Below are positions 1 to 8,725 of a stretch of 10,780 nt of DNA, piece after piece. The translations under genes were made by a program, and so were the position numbers. Source of the stretch: a bacterium (GTDB lineage: Bacteria; Muiribacteriota; UBA6191); the NCBI GenBank assembly GCA_036339875.1, contig JAYZAC010000163.1:1-10780 (forward strand), written 5' to 3'. Within the stretch, counting starts at the first letter, position 1; each line of letters opens with the position of its first letter. The notes below the pieces were generated by a model. It saw only the letters and a list, made by a program, of their open reading frames with translations. It did no database searches and was not told where the DNA came from.

Positions 1-3000
1 AATAAGTGGCGGTAAATTATTAAAGCTTGGAGTTTGATTATAGTACTTGTGTTTAGTGTTATTATCACGAGCTGCATCATCCAATGCTTCATCTGAATCG
101 ATCATTGGAATCCAAGTAAAATACCAATCACCTTCAGGCTCAATTCCTGTCCCTAGATTTAATGGAGAAGATGAGTCTAATGAAAAACTATAACTTAGTA
201 TTTGATTCGAATTAACCGAATTATGATTGACTTCAAATAAATCAAAGTCTTTCGGAGACTCCACAAGCAAAATTGCATCCTCAGCTATTGAGGCCCCAGA
301 TTGTTTAACCTCGACAACTATCTCTGGATCATCATTATTACTTGAAGTCTGATAAGCGACATTAATTACACTCCAGTCACTGATTGAATTTCTATTAGGC
401 TCAATTGCGGTGACTCCGCTAACTACGAAAGATCCATAATTTGAAATACTACCATCCTCTGTGACAATCATAAGACTGTGTAATTGAGGATCATTATCCA
501 ATGGGTCTCTAGCACTTACAGTATAGGTAGCTCGTTTTGTATCCACACTACTATTCTGCCAATCTAATTGCTGACCATTGAATCGAGCTACCGCACTAAA
601 GCCAGGAGCTTCAGCAAAAGCATCTCCAAACTCATCTAGTAATTGGACCTCGAATGTGATTTGATCACCGTTACTTAATATGCCAGTTTTCGATACTTCC
701 ACATTAACCGAAACATCACTGAAAATAACATCATTACTTATTTTTCTTAATTGAGTACCTACTACGGGCATTTCTTGAATTGCATAATTACTTGAATCAA
801 GAAAGGAAGAAAAATAGTAATTTGTGCTGCTTGCTGGAAGTTTCGTATAAACCGGCTGAAAGGAATTCCACATCTGTTGGTTATTATCTAACGCTGTATC
901 TGTAATTCTCAAACTTAGTCGATCTATTTCTCTTAGCCTATGACTTTCAAGTATATAAACCTTGTTATGATCACTAGACATTGAACGCGGACTATACGAA
1001 CGAGTTCGAAAATTTTTCCCATCAGCCGTTTCAACGACCCTACTTTGAGTATCGTTGTATTCTTCTTCTTTTATGTGAAGAAGCGATATATCAGAAGAAT
1101 ATCCGGCACTAGCAAACCCGACTATTTTATATCCACCATATGTTGAATGATCGCTGATATCTATAATCAGCTCAAAGCTACTACTATTTAAATCATACTC
1201 ATAAAGCTTACCATCTACTGCAGCGTACAAATAATCACCCTCTAGCTGAATCATACTTAACTCTCTATTGCCTACTGGTAAAGTTAGCAATAAAGTTCGC
1301 TGAACTGACCAATCGCTAAACTCTAATTCGTAAACACGTCCATCAGCAGTTGCGGCTAAATTTAAGCCTTCGTTTTGGTATGTATCTGGGTGATTAGTTA
1401 TAGATTCATAATCATAATCAGTTGCTTGATAGACCATTCCAACTGATTGATCCAAATAATAAAGTTCGCCCTCTTCACCAAGCATATAGAGTCCGTAACT
1501 ATCTGAGCTAAGATCCTCAGTAGCCATTGAAATAGGCTCTCTAAATGTAGTTGCTATTCTCTCAAAAGACTCAAGGTCAAAATGCCTATTTGAGTATTCA
1601 TTATTAACTTGTACTGGAAAAATAAACTCCTGAGTCATCATACTTAAATTGCCTTCGGAGTCTAATCGTAGCAAGCCTAGGCTGGTTAAACTCATATCAA
1701 CAGTACCAAAGGCACCACTATCCACTGGCTTTCTGAAAGTTTCTTCCAACTCATGATCAGCCTCATTAGATTTTAGATACAATTTGGCATATCCACTAGC
1801 GGTCTGGCCTTCAAGCGTTTCAGGGTTCCCATCAAAGGGCTCTATACTCCATTGATAAATTGGACCTCCGTAGGAGCTAGCGTCTTTGCGAAGACTCATA
1901 AAATATTTATCATCGGTGTAATGAAAACTGGTAATTTTATCAAATTCGCGCTCATCCAATATAAACGATTCATAGCTATCATCTAAACTAGATGCTTGTT
2001 GGAACGGATTATGATGAAGAAGTAATTCTATTTGGATTGATCCTTGAGTTTGAAAGATTTCAAAAACCCATTTTTTAGAAGCATCGGATAAACCTAAATA
2101 TACCCTTGAACCGCTACTATTTAAAAAATCAATAGTTTTGGATTGAAGGCTACTACCAGCAAATTGTAATGGAATCTCAGCTATCGTAAGACCTGAATTC
2201 AATATTGACTCAATTTGTTGCTTATTCTGGCCAGCACCTATCAAATCAGCGATATCTACCACATGTAATTTGTTAGTATTATTAGAATCTAGAGAAGCTA
2301 CTATCAAATTAGTCTGGTTCAAATTTGCTAATTTGTGTGGTGTCTCTTGGCGATCAGATAGTTTTAACGCAGAAATGATCTCCGCATCATTACTGTCTTC
2401 TAATCCCATGTAAACTACTTTTTCTGGCGCACTAAATTCACTAGGTTTTCGTAGGAAAAAGGTCAGATATTGAATTTGAAAAAGATCTTGTATAAGTTCA
2501 GACCCAATGAATCGATCATTGTCATTTGAATCGAATATTTTTTGTCCATAGGGAATTTGATCGATTTGTACATCATAGATTGAAAAAGGATGGCTACCAT
2601 TAAATGATTGAATTCTATCGGGCACAAGACTTAAACCATACGGATGAGGCCTTACCATTTTCACTGGAATACGGTTAGAACTAAGATGAACTTGGTCCCC
2701 TTGCAAGCCAGTAAGGGCTACCGATTCAATTCGATCTATCTCAACCAGTATTGCATCTGACTTTCCCTTCGGATTCAATCCCTTCAAAGAAATCTCAACC
2801 ACATTATCTGGAATCATTTGCTGAATTTGAATTTTTGCCTGATCATTATCCTGCCAAACAATGTAAGTAATAGTTGGCAGCGCAGAGCCATCAGTACTAA
2901 GATAGCTTACCTCAATCGCTGTAGTGTAAGCAGAAGCTTCAACACTCAAGTTGACTTGATTAGCAAATATTTCAATCAGGTCTGATTCAGGAATTAATTC

Positions 3001-6000
3001 CAAATCACTCGTTTCAGGAACAAAATCCATAATATCTTGCGCGTATGTGAGTCCAGAATTATGACCCGGAAAGATTTGACTATTACGACCATACCTATCT
3101 TTAGCAACTCCTCCAGCTAATAAGGTACCCGAAAACCCATGGGTATAAGGATTAACTTCTAATTGTGCTACTCCCGTCTCATAGCTAACTGGATTACCGC
3201 CAATCTCAAAAAATAAATCTAAACCAATATTAGCTGGATTATAGGTAAACTCAATCACGTCATTCGCTTCAACAGTCTGGCTTTGACTATCTTGAATACT
3301 TAAGTTATTGACTGATACATTAAGGTTAACGGGTTGTCGCTCGTCAATAACTAACAATCCAGAATGCTCAGCTCCTCGCCCCAATAAAAATAAATGATTA
3401 TTAGAAACCAATAATTCAGGTTCACCAAGAAGCAATTGTAATTCTGAGGGATATTTACCATGAATTTTTGTGCGAGCATTCACTCCCAAAGGAGGTAAAC
3501 CTTGTTTCGGGGAGCCAAAACCCATTACTGCTCGAGGATATAAATCGATCATTTGAGCAATAAAGTGATTACTTATATTCCCCGTGTAGGATAAGTCCTC
3601 TATTAAAGAAAAGACTCTACCATCTTGTTTAGCCACAACATCAATCACATTTAAATCTTCAACGAGAGTACTAAAATTATCAGCGTTTAGAGTATCTGCT
3701 GAGGAAATCATAACTATTTCGCTGAGATTTAGATCATTAAGGTCGACTCTAATAACACTGCCATTACTTGTAATTGCCAGTTCGTCTCCAAGTAAGAAAA
3801 TCTCGGTGGTAGGTAAGTCAAATATATAATCATTTTGAGCCGTACCAAGTGACAGTTGATTGCTTGTAAACAATGCTGTCACAGTTAAATTCTGACTTCT
3901 AAGATTCACCTCATAAAAGCTCAATTCTGTTTCCGATTTTACTAAAATAACGAGTTTTTTATTCTGCCAATCAAAGGAGAAATCAAGATGATTTATATCT
4001 GGCAATGCAATATCCTTGAGACCTAGCTGATTATCTGCCGCATATTTGAGAGTATTCAAATCTAGTGATCCGGCACGCGGTTGATTATTAATTTGATCTA
4101 AGCTAGGTCGACTGCCCGTTTGATCTTCAACTTCAGCTAGATATTCTTCAAATTCATCCGAATCAAACCCTATATTTATGGCTTGACGGTTAACCGGGTT
4201 AATAGCTATTAAACGTTGCTTTTTCCCCACACCTCGAATACTAAGAATTCTGATATCTCCAGTATTGAACCAAGGAATCAATTCGGCTATTGGCTCACCT
4301 GAACTAGGTGTATAAACATGGCTACTTATTTCATATATTGGTATAGATTTACCCAATTTTTTATGAAATACAACATAGCCATCCATCATATCCTTTTGAT
4401 TCATATCTACTGGCTGATTAGATGTTTGCGGCTCTGGCCCAAGTAGCAAAGTCATATCGCCATTTGGCCACAAGAGTGTCTCTTTAATTAGACCGGTTTC
4501 AAATAAACCATAACTACCCATCAAAAATTCTACTCTACCATCTGGCTTCAATAGGCTATATTCTAATTCGAAGTCGAAGTTTTCGGAGAATTGCGAATCA
4601 TCAGAATCAGATCTTTGCGAAGAATCACCAAATTCAGCACTTTCAGAGTTGCTAGCTGCAACTTGAGCAGGCGAATATGCTTCATTTTCACTATCAGTAT
4701 CATTCTCAGCATCAGGCATATCCAATCGATGCACATTCAGCATTAAAATATCAGAGCCAACTGAAAATAAAGCTAGCGGAGAATGTCTTAGATAATTAAT
4801 TGCTGCAGGAGTCTCTGCAAACCCAGTCAACGGGTCCATTAACTTTTCGGCTAGTCCTTGAGCATTAATTTTATAAAGACTGGGTGGTTCACTATTTTGA
4901 GAATTGTTAGCTTGATCATCGGGTGCTGCTAGAAAATATGGAACCTGTTGATGAACCATCAGATGAGATAATTCAAGGCGAGCTTTTGATGGATCAAAAT
5001 TATTTTTGCCCGCAATAGAATCTGAACCACCACCAAATGTACCCAATAATTCAAAGTTACCGGCTGACGAACCCTCTACTACAACTTTGTATAGATATAC
5101 GGAATCATTATTATCCTGATCATTTTCTAATGAAATAGCTAAACTTGAATTATCATATTTCTCTAAATTTTGAATATTACCAGTTAAAGTACTCGATGGC
5201 ATTGTAATCTGAGATACCACAGGGCTATCGTCATCAGGTGAACCAAGCATCCAACGAATAGTATTATTGGATGGGTCCAATTTATATATAGCATTTCCCT
5301 GATTGAAATAGATTTTTCCTTGTATCTCTACCATCCCATATAATTCTGAACTAAGCAGTAAAGCATCGGCTGCCGTAGTCTTATTAGTACCTACAAATGA
5401 AGTATCAGGAATAAAGACTTTTGCACCGGGGTATGTATCAATATCTTTAATAAGTCTAGGTGCTATATCTGAATCTACGGGCTCCGCATTATGACCAGCT
5501 ATATTAATTACGTTATGACCATCAAATTTTCTTATGACCACCAAGCCGATTTCGGGTTCCGGCTCGTAAGTGTCATAACTAAAACGTGTAAAATTACCCT
5601 TTTGTCCGGCCACATACTGTACACCATCACGAGAAACCATCGGATAAGGGAAAATTTTACGGAAAAATTGATCTTCAGAGTTGATTTGTAAGTTTTCACT
5701 GGAAACATTTGGTAAGTAGGTTAATAAACGCATTACATTTTGAGAATCGCGTTTAAATAAAACCCCTTGCTCAGAATTGTAAAAAACAAGCTCTTGATCG
5801 ACTTCATCGTAGTCAATACTTACAGCTCCACCAACTCTATTAAGTGAGAAAAACGGAGTCGGCATATCAAAACCAACAAAGCCTAAATGCTCATTGACCA
5901 CTGGCTTCATTAAATTAAATTCGATTGCTTTTAAAAGCTCACCATCAGAACTATGCTTTTCGATACGAACAAGATTTGAACCCTGTTGTAAATCTCCAAG

Positions 6001-8526
6001 TGCAATATTAAAACCGGTCTCAGCCGCATTCACCTCAACTGAGTCAGATTTAAGCACTTGGTTAATCTTAACTTTGATCTCTTGACCTGGAAACTGCAGA
6101 CCCTGAAGCTGCAAGGTCTCGATTGGAGCCATGGATGAAGCAAGCTGCTGTTCAGTGATTATAGGGTCAGGTATTACTGTGAATTGAGCTGTTTCTGTTT
6201 CAGTAAGAAATCCAGCACTAGATTTGGCTAAATAATTAATAGTTACATTCTGATTAAATATCAAATTGAAAGGTGCTGTATCGCTCAGACTAGTTTGATT
6301 TGGCTGACTACCATCTAAGGTGTAAAAAACGGTCGTTCCCGAATGCAGAGAACCAAATTTTATTTTAACTCTTTCAAGATAAATCCCATTCAAATCTGGG
6401 TCTAGCACTTCGAGGCTAATATTGGGGGGAGGAGCAACTTCATATTGGTAGTTTCTAACCTTAGAGTTAACTCCATTAGACCAAAGTAAAAAATATCGAA
6501 AGGAAGTATTATGCTCCAAACTCAATTCTAATTGATCGCTAACAGATTGTACTGCCTGATTCTGTACATTCTTTGGATTACTACCATCCAATGTATAAAT
6601 TATTTGAACTCCATTGGCAGCTATATCAAGTGATAATGGAGCCATGTAAAGATCTGATGAGGGAACATTCAAACTAATCGAAGTAAGATCTTCTAGCTCT
6701 ACAATATCTACAGTTGCTGTGCTTAAGTCACTTCTAAAACCAGCACTAGATTCTGCAAAATAGCGAATTGTAGTGTCTTCAGTAAAATGAAAGTTCGCTA
6801 AACCTAGCTTAAAAGAACTATTCTTATTAGGCTCACTTCCATCCGTAGTGTAATAAATAATCGTATCATTCTTAGAAGCGATTAGTCTTACTCTAGACTT
6901 TTCAAGATAAGCATCATCTAAGGTATCATCCAAAAATTGTACATTTACCTCGGGTGGTGGCACTACCGTATATTGTAAGGTTTCCACTCCACTGCGAACG
7001 CCCTGATCAGACTGTACAAAATAACGAAAAATTGCACTATCGATTAAGCTCAGCTGCAAAGTATTGCTAACCACAGTAACACTATCATTATTAGCTTGCT
7101 TTGGGTCACTACCATCCAACGTGTAAACAATTTGGGTACCATTAGCTTGCACGCCTAATTGCAGAGGTGCCATATATAAACCAGGCTCTGGAGCCTGCAA
7201 GTTAACTGTTGGTAATGAGAGAGGCTGTCTTTCAAGATTCACTTGAATAGGTCCTGAGTTGTTAACGGAAGTTAAATTTACTGTACTAGAACCAGAGACA
7301 ACTACGTCTCCATAGTAATCTAAAAAATCTACCGTAATTTCACGATTTAGACCGGGAGGAACATTAAGCACACCAGTACTTGGAAACCCATCAAAGACTT
7401 GCTCCATTGGCTGCATCAAAGGTCCACTAACCCGCACCCTAATTTCTTGAACCTGATCAGATTCTAGATAGGACTTTTTTTGAGAACTTACACTTGAAAA
7501 AGCTTGTACAACTTGGGGAGCCTTCTGTAGTCTTTCAAAAAGAGCAAGGTATCCCTTTGCTGGAGGCTGAACCTCCCATTCAAACTCATTGACAGTTTTC
7601 CATTCAGCTTTTTCTGCAAGTTGAACTTTTACCCGATGCTTACCAATTTGACTCATTGCCAGATTCAATACCGATTTACGAGATTTACCCGCAATTGAAT
7701 AAGATTTGACGATCTTAGTAAACCCGTTTGGTTGTTCGTGACTAACACGAAATTTCTTCAAACTATCAGAACCCTTGAAATCACTCACAATTTCAACATT
7801 TAAACCATCAGGTATATCTTTTATTCTAGATTTATATCTGCGCTTTTTACTTTTCACTTTGCGATTGAATTTTTGATCAATCTCATCGGGAAAAATAAAC
7901 ATGGCCGTAGACTTATTATTCGATTCGGATACAGCAGATGAACCACCCTCAACCACCGCAATAGTTACAGCATTCGGTGGCTTTATTTGAGCGTGAGCTC
8001 GAGATGTTTTAACCCAAAATGGTAGTCCCGCAATAAGCTCTTGCATCAAAACTGCATCACCAGAAGAAGCATTAATTGGAGAAAAATAGCTCCATTGTTT
8101 TAAGGTTGGATCGTATTGCCATACAAATTCAATTCCATTCTCACTGCTAAACAAGCTTTGAGGAGATTCATTCTTTAATAAGCCGGGGTTCACAAATGCT
8201 AGGCCAGGCTTCGTTATCTCCAAAATTAGAGGTAACTTCAAGGAACTTGGTAAAGGTCTTAGTTTTTTTTCACCGAGAGTACGAGCCCAATATCCATAAC
8301 CTTCACGTAAATTCTCTGCTACTGCATAGACTGTTTTAATTTTAGGTAGTTTTGCATTCTGAGTAACAATCTCCCATTGATTACCATGAATTCCAATGGC
8401 AATATTCCAATCACTTGATGCCCAATTAATAGAGCTCAAACAAGCTAATGAAATAGTAAAGATCAAACTTTTAATAACCTCGACACAGTCATTAACAGTA
8501 AATCTTAAAATATATTTAACGATCAT
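1..8526 (-). CDS. Giant secreted modular surface protein / putative adhesin (>=2842 aa, 3' end beyond window); chitobiase/beta-hexosaminidase C-terminal (CHB_HEX_C/Fn3-associated) domain, Ig-like and beta-propeller containing
   Basis: Manual translation of the minus frame from ATG at 8526 to position 1 shows no stop codon. GGGAG Shine-Dalgarno lies 6 nt upstream. N-terminus MIVKYILRFTVNDCVEVIKSLIFTISLACLSSINWA|SSD resembles a Sec signal. Four YT(L/T)DGSxP motifs (YTLDGSDP, YTTDGSEP, YTLDGSNP, YTLDGSQP); propeller-type blades (GKIYFNQGNAIYKLD, GDYLYAAVDGKLYEYD, NKVYILESHRLREID). ORF is certain; function is inferred. Confidence 0.93.
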   Translation of the reverse strand, partial: MIVKYILRFTVNDCVEVIKSLIFTISLACLSSINWASSDWNIAIGIHGNQWEIVTQNAKLPKIKTVYAVAENLREGYGYWARTLGEKKLRPLPSSLKLPLILEITKPGLAFVNPGLLKNESPQSLFSSENGIEFVWQYDPTLKQWSYFSPINASSGDAVLMQELIAGLPFWVKTSRAHAQIKPPNAVTIAVVEGGSSAVSESNNKSTAMFIFPDEIDQKFNRKVKSKKRRYKSRIKDIPDGLNVEIVSDFKGSDSLKKFRVSHEQPNGFTKIVKSYSIAGKSRKSVLNLAMSQIGKHRVKVQLAEKAEWKTVNEFEWEVQPPAKGYLALFERLQKAPQVVQAFSSVSSQKKSYLESDQVQEIRVRVSGPLMQPMEQVFDGFPSTGVLNVPPGLNREITVDFLDYYGDVVVSGSSTVNLTSVNNSGPIQVNLERQPLSLPTVNLQAPEPGLYMAPLQLGVQANGTQIVYTLDGSDPKQANNDSVTVVSNTLQLSLIDSAIFRYFVQSDQGVRSGVETLQYTVVPPPEVNVQFLDDTLDDAYLEKSRVRLIASKNDTIIYYTTDGSEPNKNSSFKLGLANFHFTEDTTIRYFAESSAGFRSDLSTATVDIVELEDLTSISLNVPSSDLYMAPLSLDIAANGVQIIYTLDGSNPKNVQNQAVQSVSDQLELSLEHNTSFRYFLLWSNGVNSKVRNYQYEVAPPPNISLEVLDPDLNGIYLERVKIKFGSLHSGTTVFYTLDGSQPNQTSLSDTAPFNLIFNQNVTINYLAKSSAGFLTETETAQFTVIPDPIITEQQLASSMAPIETLQLQGLQFPGQEIKVKINQVLKSDSVEVNAAETGFNIALGDLQQGSNLVRIEKHSSDGELLKAIEFNLMKPVVNEHLGFVGFDMPTPFFSLNRVGGAVSIDYDEVDQELVFYNSEQGVLFKRDSQNVMRLLTYLPNVSSENLQINSEDQFFRKIFPYPMVSRDGVQYVAGQKGNFTRFSYDTYEPEPEIGLVVIRKFDGHNVINIAGHNAEPVDSDIAPRLIKDIDTYPGAKVFIPDTSFVGTNKTTAADALLLSSELYGMVEIQGKIYFNQGNAIYKLDPSNNTIRWMLGSPDDDSPVVSQITMPSSTLTGNIQNLEKYDNSSLAISLENDQDNNDSVYLYKVVVEGSSAGNFELLGTFGGGSDSIAGKNNFDPSKARLELSHLMVHQQVPYFLAAPDDQANNSQNSEPPSLYKINAQGLAEKLMDPLTGFAETPAAINYLRHSPLALFSVGSDILMLNVHRLDMPDAENDTDSENEAYSPAQVAASNSESAEFGDSSQRSDSDDSQFSENFDFELEYSLLKPDGRVEFLMGSYGLFETGLIKETLLWPNGDMTLLLGPEPQTSNQPVDMNQKDMMDGYVVFHKKLGKSIPIYEISSHVYTPSSGEPIAELIPWFNTGDIRILSIRGVGKKQRLIAINPVNRQAINIGFDSDEFEEYLAEVEDQTGSRPSLDQINNQPRAGSLDLNTLKYAADNQLGLKDIALPDINHLDFSFDWQNKKLVILVKSETELSFYEVNLRSQNLTVTALFTSNQLSLGTAQNDYIFDLPTTEIFLLGDELAITSNGSVIRVDLNDLNLSEIVMISSADTLNADNFSTLVEDLNVIDVVAKQDGRVFSLIEDLSYTGNISNHFIAQMIDLYPRAVMGFGSPKQGLPPLGVNARTKIHGKYPSELQLLLGEPELLVSNNHLFLLGRGAEHSGLLVIDERQPVNLNVSVNNLSIQDSQSQTVEANDVIEFTYNPANIGLDLFFEIGGNPVSYETGVAQLEVNPYTHGFSGTLLAGGVAKDRYGRNSQIFPGHNSGLTYAQDIMDFVPETSDLELIPESDLIEIFANQVNLSVEASAYTTAIEVSYLSTDGSALPTITYIVWQDNDQAKIQIQQMIPDNVVEISLKGLNPKGKSDAILVEIDRIESVALTGLQGDQVHLSSNRIPVKMVRPHPYGLSLVPDRIQSFNGSHPFSIYDVQIDQIPYGQKIFDSNDNDRFIGSELIQDLFQIQYLTFFLRKPSEFSAPEKVVYMGLEDSNDAEIISALKLSDRQETPHKLANLNQTNLIVASLDSNNTNKLHVVDIADLIGAGQNKQQIESILNSGLTIAEIPLQFAGSSLQSKTIDFLNSSGSRVYLGLSDASKKWVFEIFQTQGSIQIELLLHHNPFQQASSLDDSYESFILDEREFDKITSFHYTDDKYFMSLRKDASSYGGPIYQWSIEPFDGNPETLEGQTASGYAKLYLKSNEADHELEETFRKPVDSGAFGTVDMSLTSLGLLRLDSEGNLSMMTQEFIFPVQVNNEYSNRHFDLESFERIATTFREPISMATEDLSSDSYGLYMLGEEGELYYLDQSVGMVYQATDYDYESITNHPDTYQNEGLNLAATADGRVYELEFSDWSVQRTLLLTLPVGNRELSMIQLEGDYLYAAVDGKLYEYDLNSSSFELIIDISDHSTYGGYKIVGFASAGYSSDISLLHIKEEEYNDTQSRVVETADGKNFRTRSYSPRSMSSDHNKVYILESHRLREIDRLSLRITDTALDNNQQMWNSFQPVYTKLPASSTNYYFSSFLDSSNYAIQEMPVVGTQLRKISNDVIFSDVSVNVEVSKTGILSNGDQITFEVQLLDEFGDAFAEAPGFSAVARFNGQQLDWQNSSVDTKRATYTVSARDPLDNDPQLHSLMIVTEDGSISNYGSFVVSGVTAIEPNRNSISDWSVINVAYQTSSNNDDPEIVVEVKQSGASIAEDAILLVESPKDFDLFEVNHNSVNSNQILSYSFSLDSSSPLNLGTGIEPEGDWYFTWIPMIDSDEALDDAARDNNTKHKYYNQTPSFNNLPPLI
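6172..7215 (-). repeat. Four tandem CHB_HEX_C/Fn3-associated-like modules arranged as two copies of a 176-aa (528-bp) unit
   Basis: LYMAPL, ANGxQIxYTLDGSxPK, FRYF, QYxVxPPP, YLE and SSAGF each recur. DNA words actaccatccaa (6580/7108), ttcaagataa (6373/6901) and ccagcactagatt (6212/6740) are all offset by exactly 528 nt. Outer boundaries are approximate. Confidence 0.88.
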
Positions 8527-8532
8527 TGAATG

Positions 8533-8537
8533 CTCCC
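8533..8537 (-). promoter_or_regulatory. Shine-Dalgarno sequence (GGGAG) for the giant ORF
   Basis: Minus strand reads tttGGGAGcattcaATG, with 6-nt spacing to the ATG at 8526. Confidence 0.7.
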
Positions 8538-8725
8538 AAAAAAAGCAGAATCAGTATGTTCAAAAAGGCTCCCAATTTTTGAATTATTTAAAACGAGTCT
8601 GCGTTTCCAACATTCTACTAGAAACTAAATTTTAAGCCTTACAAAAAATAACTTATTTCTAGGTTTTTTGTATAAACGAGCTTAAATTGATGATAATGAT
8701 TTTATTTTGATAAAAGACAGAATGC

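Noticed and set aside
94..2521. 14-bp direct repeat tgaatcgatcattg at 94-107 and 2508-2521
   Set aside because: Copies are in different codon phases with no flanking similarity; consistent with chance.
5491..5691. 66-aa plus-strand ORF from the track
   Set aside because: Codon-for-codon antisense shadow of the giant minus-strand ORF; no recognisable motif.
5894..6085. 63-aa plus-strand ORF from the track
   Set aside because: Antisense within the giant ORF, TTG start, no recognisable features.
6172..7215. Calling the giant protein a chitobiase or hexosaminidase
   Set aside because: These modules are non-catalytic spacers, and no glycoside hydrolase catalytic domain was recognised in the visible sequence.
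8263..8270. T8 run (A8 in the coding strand) and G6 at 6424-6429 as slipped-strand phase-variation tracts
   Set aside because: Too short and expected in AT-rich Lys codons or Pro-Pro-Pro; frame is intact.
8440..8451. Lipoprotein lipobox at C29 (S-L-A-C)
   Set aside because: Positions -3 and -2 do not fit [LVI][ASTVI][GAS]C; cleavage after NWA by signal peptidase I looks more likely. Not fully excluded.
1..8526. Alternative genetic code or pseudogene as the reason no long ORF was listed
   Set aside because: The frame has no TAA, TAG or TGA at all; it simply runs off the window. TGA ends the 514-aa gene right after its terminal Phe, consistent with the standard code.
8396..8635. 79-aa plus-strand ORF from the track
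   Set aside because: Overlaps the start, SD and leader of the giant gene on the opposite strand; no motif support.
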